NCBI RefSeq assembly: GCF_001949145.1 | Contig: NW_019091359.1 | Coordinates: 889,569 to 909,568, forward strand | Direction: 5' to 3' | Length of the DNA: 20,000 nucleotides | Origin: Acanthaster planci | Lineage: Eukaryota | Part shown: one piece after another, positions 1 through 10,516 of the stretch | Numbering within the stretch: position 1 is the first letter of the stretch | How the letters are laid out: the number at the start of each line of letters is the position of its first letter | Position numbers and translations under genes: made by a program | The notes under the pieces: model-generated | Told to the model about the DNA's origin: nothing | The model's database searches: none | What the model saw: only the letters and a program-made list of their open reading frames with translations

Positions 1-56
1 TTCGTCCGAACACTTTTTCCGGCGGGATTCGATTCTTACTGATTCACAAAATCTGG

Positions 57-150
57 ATGCTTGGAGACAGTTTTTATTCTTTTCAAGCAGACCCACGGGA
101 CAAGTTGTAATATGACGACGTGGTGGGTTTGTACCGCTGCCCCACCATGA
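57..150 (+). promoter_or_regulatory. Two tandem candidate uORFs (57-110, 17 aa; 112-150, 12 aa) upstream of the Wnt ATG
   Basis: ATG57...TAA110, one-nt gap, then ATG112...TGA150. The TGA overlaps the main ATG (ATGA at 147-150). They are only uORFs if transcription starts upstream of them, which cannot be seen here. Confidence 0.45.
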
Positions 151-250
151 ACTGGTACCCTCTTCGGCTGCTTTCTTTGTACTACTGGCTGGTACCCGGT
201 CTGATCTTCGTGACTTTGTTGCGGCTACCAGTCGCCAACGGATATTTTGG
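147..250 (+). CDS. Wnt9: Wnt9-like gene, coding exon 1 (signal peptide)
   Basis: ccaccATG Kozak context at 147. Translates MNWYPLRLLSLYYWLVPGLIFVTLLRLPVANGYF-G(g), a hydrophobic signal-peptide-like stretch. Ends GG|gtaagg (phase 2 donor). Joined to exon 2 it gives YFGLT, the N-terminal motif of vertebrate Wnt9a/b. Not in the ORF track. Confidence 0.88.
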
Positions 251-2853
251 GTAAGGTTACTTTTCCCGCAGTCCATAAACAGTGTTTTTGCAGCATTAAG
301 ATAAGGGTGGGTCAAATCTCGCTGGCATCGAACCAATGTTGTGAGTTTTAAAAACGAGTGTGTACCGCAAAAGACGCCATTTTCACTTCGTTATTAATCC
401 TGCCTCTTTGTTTAATGAGGCCAGTACACTGAACTGCCTCAGTTTTCGTTAAAAAGTGCACGACTATTCTGTGTCCTTCGGTAATATTTAATAACCCGGT
501 AAAATGCAACCCCCCAATCTATACAACAATCTAATCAATCCACTTGATGATTCCCTTTTGACTAAAAAATGTTGATATCTGAAACGCTACTACATAAATA
601 AGACACAGGGATCTACTTGACAGGTGCGTTGAGTCAACATTAATTGTGATATTAGCATTCTTTGCCTTGATATAGGATGAAGTCACTAGCTCCCGCTCAG
701 TGCGATTACGTCTTAATACACAGGCGACAAGAAACAACAGGATTTGTATCTATAATTGACAGGGTCATACGATGAGGTCATTGGCTCCAGTCCATACCAT
801 TGTTCCTTACAGTACACAGAGGACAAGAACTAACAGGAGTTGCAAGTGTACCTGGACCGACAGGGCTTCACTCTATGTGGATTAACTGAAAAGATCGGCT
901 GTGCTTTCTTGTCAGTCTGACAATCTGTCTTGTCCGAAGCAGTTTTATCCCCCAACATGATGCCCAAATTAGACGCTTTAAGCATTGTCAGCATGGTGTT
1001 TTTCTCTCTGCATGTGCAACAATCTGACAAGATTATTTCGGTGAAAGTCACGCACAAAGCAACTATGTGACTTGAAAATTAAGCCATCAATCAAGACATA
1101 ACTTCCTAGGCCCTCCCCCCACCCATCGTATCATCGACGATAGAGTACGCACTGGGGATGAAGGGGGTCCCTTTCCCCCTTCATCCGGCCAAATTTACGA
1201 AACGAAGGCAAAAGGATTACATTTCGAAATACGGGCACTTGTATCAAGATATCGGGCACGCACTTAAAGGTGACACTTGCCAGGAATCCTCGGCACATTG
1301 GGTTATCACAGTAGACTCCATGAGGCAAAGGGTAGTGAACTTGGCAAGCGTGCTCTCCCTAATTGGGTTATCCGTTTGACTCATTTGTTGACAGTTCGCG
1401 GCAACATTCTGACCTTGATCATGATAGTTGCCCCGAAAGGTGCAGTGCATCGATTTTTGTCGAACGTAGTGTCCAGTTCTTATGGCGTCCAGTTTGAGGA
1501 TTGGGATGGAGAGAGGAACTTAATATTTTTGACTCGCTGTTTGTAGTGAGGGTAAACGCACGAGTTTATTATTCGTGGGGTTCTTCAACAAAATGTAATT
1601 CACGGGCCAACTTGAACATTTTTATTCCATCCCTTGGAAGAATCGGGCTGCCTGGACCCATGCGTACATCAAGACCGGGTCGAAAGAGGGGCGAGCGCGG
1701 GACTACTGCGGGCGCGTTAAGGCCATGCCGGTCACATCTTCCCGGAAGTCCATTCATCGCTTGCCGCAGCTGAGTTGAGGGGGTGCCCGACCTAGTCAGC
1801 GCTGCTGCGTGCATCATTTCCGGGGCTCCGTGTGTGCACCTTGGCGGTTAGGAGGTGTTCTGACGCAAGTAGCCTTCAAAATGACTCAGTCTTTGACATA
1901 TCAAAGGAGGAACGACATGAAATAAAATTTCAAGTTTTGTTTGTGTTTAGTTGAGAGAATACGACGTCGTGCGTGGTACGGTACTTTATGTTTGCTCATG
2001 TTCGTTTCCAGCATTAGTTTCCGATTTTCTTCAGTTAAATTTGTTGGGATTTTGTTTGTTCCATCGGAATAACTCTGGAACAAGGAGCAACCTGTATATT
2101 TTCTGATTCAGTACGGGATTCAGACCGCCATTCAAAATGAGGAATTACGCTTGGCAATTGGTTGACTGTACAGAATGAATTTCGAGGTCGTGGGTTCGAC
2201 TCCCACCAAAGAACATTTGTGACTTAAGTCTCAAGCTATCAGAAGTTACTCAGAGACATTGTTACTTTTGATGAGTGCATTATAGTTAAATCAGAATTTA
2301 ACTGCTAAGCTCTAAAGTTGCGAAATAACGGCAATTTCTTTAGAGAATATAGTTCGTTCTTTTTCGATTTCTATGATTAATAATTACGCGGATTGCACTT
2401 GCCACTGGCTTCCCGGGCAAAATTGCGATAAGAATGGAAATAAGGAACACTTCCGCTAAAATACCATGAGAGAAATGCACGGGAAAAATCCCAACTTTAA
2501 TACCTCATAAAACCACATGTTCTATGTTATGTTGGCAAGGCAGGGCTGACTCCAATAAGAAGTTACCAATTTGTGTGCTAAGTAAAAACTTCCGTGGGAC
2601 CCGTCACACTTAGTAATATAGACCCATATATGCTCTGGCAGTTAGTGTTAACCATTTTACCTAGGAAATACATTGAATTTTTCACAACATGTTGGACATA
2701 CTTAAACTGGCCTTCGCTCTTTGGAGGCAAAAGTTGTCACATGCTATTGCTAAAAAGAAATGTCAATAGGCTATTCTATTTTTAATATTTTAAGAAAAAA
2801 ATAATTTCGACTACAGCTACTAGACTGATAAGGGCGTGATTATCTCTTGACAG
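251..2853 (+). other. Wnt9 intron 1 (2603 nt, phase 2)
   Basis: GT...AG boundaries with matching phase between exons 1 and 2. Confidence 0.85.
2150..2210 (+). mobile_element. Degenerate tRNA-like/SINE head fragment
   Basis: gaggtcGTGGGTTCGACTCCCAC is a variable loop plus T-arm with B box (2190-2206). Weak A-box-like TGGCAATTGG near 2152. No full cloverleaf. Confidence 0.55.
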
Positions 2854-3077
2854 ACTCACCTCAAACACGCAACTGGCTGGGATGCGTGGATTTGACCAGT
2901 GCTCCCATCACCTCACCAAGCGGCAACGGAAGATGTGCGGCCGGGACTCGGGCATGGCCGCCGTCCTGCGGGACGCGCTGGAGCTGAGCATCTCGGAGTG
3001 TCAGGAACGCTTCCGGAACGAGCGCTGGAACTGCAGCATCCAGAACACGGCGCAGAGGGTCAACCTGCTGAAAAGGG
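2854..3077 (+). CDS. Wnt9: Wnt9-like gene, coding exon 2
   Basis: Acceptor tctcttgacag|A at 2853/2854, donor G|gtaaga at 3077/3078. Encodes LTSNTQLAGMRGFDQCSHHLTKRQRKMCGRDSGMAAVLRDALELSISECQERFRNERWNCSIQNTAQRVNLLKR, including the Wnt ECQxxFRxERWNC motif. Confidence 0.95.
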
Positions 3078-6000
3078 GTAAGAACGACTGGTATATCATA
3101 TGGGCTCTTTGCGCTGGAACCAGGTGACACCCACTGGCCCATGACCAACCGAACTGACCGTGACATCCCGGCACCCAGATCCATTTTATCAACTCGATTT
3201 CTAGTAAACCTTGTGCGTTTCAGACCGACATTGACCGCGATATTTTCAATAGGTAAACCCGTGAACATAGAAACAGTATTTTTCTTCACAAAGAAACAGT
3301 ACAAAGTATAATTTGATGCGTTTCTTTTCTGAAACTCTCGAGCAGTGGCCAGATGCCGCCAGTGATGAGTTTCAGATGCATGTTAATCGCAGGCTGTCTG
3401 CAAAGCGTTAATTATCGATCCATATATTTCTTTATTAGAACATGTAACTTAATACCAAAATTTACCCAGCCAAATCAAGCCACCAGAAACCTTTTGAATT
3501 TGTGACCTATTCCAGGGGTATTAAATTCATGGTACCTAAATCTGTCGAAAGATTCTCTTATACCACCCCACCTTTATGGAAAATGTAAAGATGAAAAATA
3601 CAGAAGAAGTATAATAAACAGAAACAGATTCCGCTTGGATTTACTTTTTGGCTTGTCTCAAATCATCGAGTTCTCTCGCAACATTCCTTATAGTGCAGTA
3701 TAGTATTCATTACTTCGTCAGTGTGGTGCTCTGTCGATTAACTACGTACATCCTTCCTGAACTTTCCTCACATCAACTTGGAAACCGCACTGTGCAGTTT
3801 TGAGCCCCTTCTGTGCAAACTCTGTGGTTTTTAAATCCTAATCGGAACGACAGAGAAATTGACCACATTATTGAAATCGGCTGGCCTTGAAACGGGAACC
3901 ACTTTTTGCACGGAATAGGAATGGCTGCCACACGCGCAGACATCGACATCTTACACAACGCATGCGCGCAAGACCGTATACACCAATCTGTACCAAATCG
4001 CCGATTCCCCCTCTTGTTGAAGTCCTTATAATTACTGCCAGAGAAAAGGCCGTTTTAAATAAGCTCACAGTCTTTAGACAATGCAAATTAACAGCTCGTC
4101 AGACAAGCCAGCCGTCTGGCACCCTGTCGGCATCCCGGGTGACCTAATAATATCACTATGATGGATGCTGTCCTTCCTCCGTGCCAGACGTTTCCCCTCC
4201 CCAACACGACTTTTACACGGAGGTGAATACCCGCGCAAAGAAATCATTAACCTCAAATGTCAAGTCTTTTCATTGGGGCTATTTACGGGGGTAGCTTTAC
4301 GTCAACATCTCGCACGATTGCCAAACTAAAAAGGCAGGTACAACCCCCCCCCCTCGTGATGGAGGCCTTACACTTGACGTCACATCTGTGGGCTACCCTT
4401 TGGTCCTCAGTGAGAAAGGCATAGATTCAAACAACAAAATGAACCTCTGCAATGGCCGCCGCTTCAGGGGGTCTACAGGGGAGCATGCGCGAGTATTCAC
4501 AGATAAATTATTTAATAATCAACTAGCTGACAACCCATTCAAAATACCGGAATTAAACAAAGCATGACTGTAAATTACAATGCATCTCGAAAAAAGCCAG
4601 ATCTTCAGCTTGATCTTTTTTACTGGCTGCGGTCTCCGCCTCGTTCAGATCTCCGTTATGCACATAATTATGCCAATTTTTCGGAAACCCGATGTGCACA
4701 CCGAAGCATTTATGGTCTGGCAATGGACAACGGTTTAACCCAACCACCACGGAGTTTTATGGTAACCCGCATTCTACACTGTCATCTACGAATGAACATC
4801 TTTTCCTATGTGGTATAAATTCACGGGCGTCGCTAGACCATTTTGAATGGAGGGGTGCCACATGAAAGTTGCTGACTGACTGGCACGTAAAACGAGTGTA
4901 CATGTGCTGTTGTCTGATTCCCCAGCCCGACCATACCTGACTTTTTTTTATTTTGCCAACAGACCATGAATTCAATTTTCTTTTCAGCGATGATTTCGGC
5001 AAAAATAAGCCGGGGGCTATTCCCCAGCGGCACTCATTACAGGGACATAATATCCCCCCCAAATTTTCCACTGGCTTTTGCGTGAAGTTATAGTCATAGG
5101 GATAATGGATGAAGATAGCACAACTTACCGAAGCCTGAGCTTTACCGGAAGAGTGGATTTTTGGGACCGGAATAGCTCACTGATGTCTAATAGCTTCCCC
5201 AACTTCACCCATTGAGAAGGGAAGTTGAGAACTGACAGAAAAAAATTGTTATGCGTGATTTGTGAGTGTTAAATGTTAGGCCTACATTTACCCGGGCATA
5301 CCTGCGAAATGAATAAAAATCACTCGGTCAACACAAATTCTGGGAGGGGTGCATATTTCAAGTTGCGATAAGAAAGACGGAAGATGGTTTTTGGTCACCT
5401 CAAGACTATGCAGCCTAATCTTGAAACCGGAATGACAGACTGTTTCGTGCAATTAGCGTCATTCAAAGTGCAGCGAAGGTGGAGAGACGGAGAAGAACTT
5501 CGCTTTAAAATGATTGTCGGAAATAAAGATACGGCAATAGTCATATAGCGTCAAATATCGTTACCGAACCGCCATGTTTAATTTTCGCTAAGCCAAGGGG
5601 CCCTAACCTCTGCGTTGAAATCATGTATTCAGATGAATTTTTGACCCGTTTGTGAAAACGTCCAGATTTACCAGTCATCAACGTTTTATTTCAATCAAGC
5701 AATAGTGTCGTGATCATTGCTGATCATGATTGCAACTGTAACCTACGAATTCCCGTAAAGGAGCGTTCGATGACTTCTTAGGAACAATTGAAAGCAGAAA
5801 AGGAAATACCATTGTGATTTCATTATCTCAGAAAATAAGTCTCTCGTTTGCTTTTGTTCTCGTTGAGAATGGAGTACGTGTGCCGCCTTTCTGGTTTGTG
5901 ATACCAGACACGCTATGCGTAAGTGCCCCTCGGCAACAGGAACATGGGTGAAGTTTGTCTTTTCGTTGCTGTGTTATTGTGCCGTCCGGAGAGGAAGGAG

Positions 6001-8304
6001 AGATGAGGCATATTCTACACGAGGGGTGGCCTCAGGGAGTCTTATTAGTCACTGCATGCCTGAGACACCCCTTTCCCCTAGTCCCCCCCCCATGACAGGC
6101 TGTCACTCGTCCTATGTAGTCGTCCTACTCGAAGTAGCCAGTAATTGAGAACACCGCGAATTTAACGATGACACGACGGTTTCGAGCTTGGCTTTGTTAT
6201 CTCACTTTCCAACGCAAAAGGCCCTCATTCGATCAGTAAAGATGTTGTCGTTGACGATTATTCATTCCATATTCGGACATTTTCGAATGTCATTTAACTT
6301 GAACTCGGTTGCTGCCGTTACACACCGACTGCAGAGCGAGGCAAAGAGTGTAGCAGAAAGTTATGCCTGTATACAGTCTAATAAAAGTGATCTAGCCACA
6401 AATGAACCGTGGATTATGTGTAGGGCAGCTTTCGTCCAGTCCAAAGTACTATTTATTTAAGATTTTGCTGGTGTTGATGTTTGGATTTATTTAATATTGG
6501 ACGTCCGGGTTTGTTGACAAGAAAAAAATAATTTGCAACCACTACGCTTTTAAATATTTATACGCTAATAAACCAAGAATGATTACAAATGTAAACGAAA
6601 ACTGGAGCCAACTCAAATAAAAGATGCTTTTCTGAAGAGTTGCCGATACAGCAGTGACAGTCACGTCCTTTTGTTCCTGTTAGACCGAGAAATCACGGTG
6701 GGAGAACCGAATTAGCCGCTGGTGAAAAATGTAATTTGCTGGCGGGCACCACAGATAAATCTGCGCCGAGTTTATGGATCACTGACCGGGAAGCCAGTCG
6801 TTAGCAACTCGCTTCGCGGCTATAAACACCCATGTTCTTTAGCACGGTAAATGAAAAAAAAATTCTAAAATGCTAAATAACATCGGGTCATTCACAGTGT
6901 CGCTTGTATATCTCGGGATTCGGCTGGAAAATTACGCTCATCGGATTTCTGGCGAGTTTTTGCGGGGAATAACGAAAACACAGGTATTAACATTCGTCCT
7001 TTTTTACGAGGGTCCCTCGTGCCATGAAATTGGTTTAATAAGCAGACAATCCAATCAGCTACTGTTAGGTATAGCTTGAGCGTTCCTGAGCCAACGGTGT
7101 ACAGCATCGCTGTACAAATAGTCCACCAATGAGGCAGTTTTCAATCCAAAAATGTCCGAAGATAGTTTGTGAATTTTTTTTTTCAAAGGAGCGAGTCACA
7201 ACACCAATCATTCCGCCGAAGTGCGTTTGAAAATTAAGTTTACGAGAAGCCATTTTCCATCTTCCTTTCTTCGACTGCTCTATACCACAAATACATCCAG
7301 GAGCCGCTTGAACACATCAATCATTCTAAACACCAACTCCTCAGCATGCAAAGTTTTTTGTTGTTCAAAAGGCATGAGCGCGCACACCAACCCCTTCCCC
7401 CATGCACTGCGAGGGGTGGCTTCTGATCCCTAGCTAGTCCCTAAAGGGCACTTGGAATGGCTAATATCCATCACAAATTTTTTGAGGGAAGTACCGACGT
7501 GCGTTGAGTAGTGCACATTAATTCGGTCAAATTTTATCAATCAAATAAAAAAAAAATTCTCCGTGCAGCCCGAGGAATTGGGCCCATTCCAGCGCCCTAT
7601 CCGCCCCGAGTTGAAGTGTGCCCCCAAACGGCAAAAGAAAGACAGATCGTGGTAAGTTTTCCAAGCGGGTTCTTGCACGCCTTCTGCGTGTACGCAGAGA
7701 CCACACATATTAAGTAAAAAATTCGTTACGCGTACTAAGCGTGCTCCGCGTCAAACGCGCCTTTCGTCTCCGTTATAAACGCCCGCCTGTGCGGTAAGTG
7801 CAAAAAAACACGCCCTCTTTTGTTCCGCTCGGAGCGGATAGGGAGGTGAGTAGGCCTAGAAGTAATTGGCTCTTTTGTGACCACCTTTTGGTGGCGAGGA
7901 TATTCAGTGGTTGACAGAGACAAACTGCGGTGAGAGAGAAAGTTTGCCACTCAAGCCACCTGGCGACCGGCTTGATGGGGCTACGTGCAGCAGGGCGTTC
8001 TGGAGATACCGCTGACCTTAGGCCAGCCAACTCGACACACCAATCGGACAATCTGGCTAAGTCTCGACTTACGGATAATTTCAATCTTGGAAAATAGATT
8101 GTCAGCTCATGAAACTTAAAAGTTTTAGGTCTTGGAAGCAATATTCAAATGACTCCAGGTTCATTTCACCAGTCAGCCTTCACAGTCTTGAAAACCTTTC
8201 CTGCAGGGATTATTGTTTTGAGACTAGATCCGTTCCGGATCCATTTACGGCATTTCACTCGACAATAAACACTGTCCGCAATTTACGCATACGGACTTGA
8301 GGTG

Positions 8305-8370
8305 CACAAAACAAACAAAGTCCAACAAACAAAATAAACAAAACGAAACAAAACACAACAACAAAACCGC
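8305..8370. repeat. Imperfect (AAAC/AAAAC)n low-complexity tract
   Basis: acaaaacaaacaaagtccaacaaacaaaataaacaaaacgaaacaaaacacaacaacaaaac. Confidence 0.7.
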
Positions 8371-8754
8371 ACATACGAAAACACGCCTCAGAGTACGAGC
8401 ACTGAATAATTTTATGAGCCTGTAAGGGGTATATCAATATCCTTGACTAAAAGGGCAAATAAATGTTGCCGGAAAGTTTAAATCCCCCGGAAAGAGAGAG
8501 AGAAGGGGGTAGTTTCAAAGCAAGTTCTTGAGATCGTGCAGAATTGCAGCTGTTCCAATGACGGTGTCTGTCCTTAATCCACGGCAACAGTTGAAAAGGT
8601 TAACCCAACCTCTGCGTGTCACGAAACGTTTCAGAAGCTTTTTGTGATAGGAGAGGATTGTGGGTTCGTTAAGGCGCGTGATTTGTGGATGGCGTCTGAG
8701 ATGAAGTATGATGGTATATCATTTAGTTCAATAGTTTACCACTCTCTGTGCACA

Positions 8755-9050
8755 GGGGAGTCGGGTTGGCGTATAGTGGTTCTTTCCTCGCCTTCCACCT
8801 CTGCGGTCCGGGTTCGATTCCCGGCTCGGTCTGCATGTGGATTGGGTTTTCAGTCCCTACCTGATTTCGTGGTTTTACCCAGAATATTCCTCTGGGGTTT
8901 TCCTCCCACCTCTAAAACCGTAACTGCTTCTCATGGTCTCCTATCTACAGGTTTCTTCAGGTTTGCGAACTACAGTGCCTAGGGAGCTTTTGAAGAATCC
9001 TTGCTGTCATTACCAGAAATAAATAAATAATAAAAATAATAATAATAAAT
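8755..9050 (+). mobile_element. tRNA-derived SINE (~295 bp), V-domain-like core, A/AAT-rich tail
   Basis: Pol III A box TGGCGTATAGTGG (8767-8779) and B box GGTTCGATTCC (8811-8821) within a ccgggttcgattcccgg T-arm. Central ctctggggttttcctcccacc resembles the V-SINE core as I recall it. Tail (AAAT/AAT)n at ~9017-9050. Confidence 0.85.
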
Positions 9051-10397
9051 TCTCTCTTATGTAACATATCTTCATTGTAAAAAATGGGGCAAATAATTAT
9101 CAGTCGGTCTGTGTGATACGACTTTGTTCCTAAACGCCTTCCATAAATTTTGTAGACCTCTCGTATTTACTTTTGATCTCAATTTTCGTATCGGAATTTT
9201 GAAAACGATTTGGTTATATCGGTTTCATTTCTATGAGCCAAAGGAGTGACGTCACTCAGATTGCTTCCGTGGTACTGCCGCTGCGGCATAAAATGGAGCT
9301 AGAAGTGTGATGTGCAGCCGTATAGTCATATCTTTTCCGGTAATATGACAGTGAGTGATCTGTATACACAATCATCATTTTATTTCAATAAGCTGTGGAT
9401 GTTGAGCTCTTCATTTAAGTAAATACCTGGAATGTGTCCCTAAAGAGACGTCACTACGATAGTACCCTACATGTAGAGTGTGGCGTAGGTTGTCGGGAGA
9501 AGCTTGGCATTATTTTAACTGTCGAGAAAAAAACATACGTGCAAATAAACCAGAAAGATGCTCTTGTTATTATACAGATGAATATTCTTTTCCCGCAAAA
9601 TCGTTGTTAATATCATGTTAGAGAGCTATACAATTGCATGCCACACTGCTGTTTCTTGTTACTCGATTTTCACAAGGACGGCACTGCTTGAGTGTGTATT
9701 TTAACCAACTGATCAAAGCAGGTTCATCTTGCGATCAACTTGATGACTGTTCCTGATTCATAATAGAGTTGTCATTATCTTCGCCAAACAGCCGAGGTGC
9801 CGTGTGTACTGAACCCAACAGCTGAGCCAGGCCTTGAACTTTCGAATTCCTCTGACGCGCGTAACCCTGCAGAGCTGCATAGGGACTACGTAGGGACGAA
9901 GCCCCTCAACCTGTGTCCCACCCAGCACGGCGTTGGCTGGAGGTGCCATCGTCATTAACACAGCTTAAAACGGAAATCAAAGAAAACTGATTTTAGTGAA
10001 CCTTAACGAACCAATTAATTGTTTAATCCAGACTCCCCTCCCCCTTGGACAGTCAAAGTCTCGCTGAGTCTGTGCGCCAGACTGCGCATCTAGCAGGATT
10101 ACTGAGAGAGTCGTCACCTTTGCAAGGATAGGGACAGAACAGACATTGGCACCACGCATGCGATCACGTTATGACGCCTGCATTACAGCGTGCGGCGTTG
10201 AGGTTGAGTGTTGAGGTCCACTTAGGCCAAAATCATAACTGTTCTATATAAAGACTACACAATAGAAATGCTCTATTTCATTCAATCTATCAATTAGTGT
10301 CCTCTCTCCTTGGCCCTATGTCTGCCAAAGCTATGATTCCACAATGGTCTTAATTTGTCGGAAAACGACTGAGGACCGCGACTGTTCCTGGAACTAA

Positions 10398-10516
10398 GGC
10401 TGCATCCGAATCTGTTGTCTAGAGCTAGGTCTAGGTCTTCGCTCCATTGGAAAAGCGAGGAGACACATAGACAATAGACCTAGCCGTAGCTCTGGAAGGC
10501 CGTTTCGGACACGGCC
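10398..10516. mobile_element. PIF/Harbinger (Tourist-like) MITE, 119 bp
   Basis: Flanked by TAA on both sides (10395-10397, 10517-10519). Termini GGCTGCATCCGAA / TTCGGACACGGCC. The 41-nt arms 10398-10438 and 10476-10516 match at 30/41 by hand alignment. Confidence 0.75.

Noticed and set aside
2012..2036. Minus-strand CTGAAGA-aaatcg-GAAAC hammerhead-like core
   Set aside because: No pairable stem II or closing stem I. Other CTGANGA hits (e.g. ~6632, ~12364, ~14056, ~16363) lack a properly placed GAAA.
2861..3304. 147-aa minus-strand ORF, and similar antisense ORFs at 16946-17254, 17348-17695 and 17742-18149
   Set aside because: Shadow ORFs of GC-rich Wnt exons with no recognisable domain.
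8644..8982. 112-aa ORF in intron 2
   Set aside because: Runs through the SINE, starts at GTG and has no protein motif.
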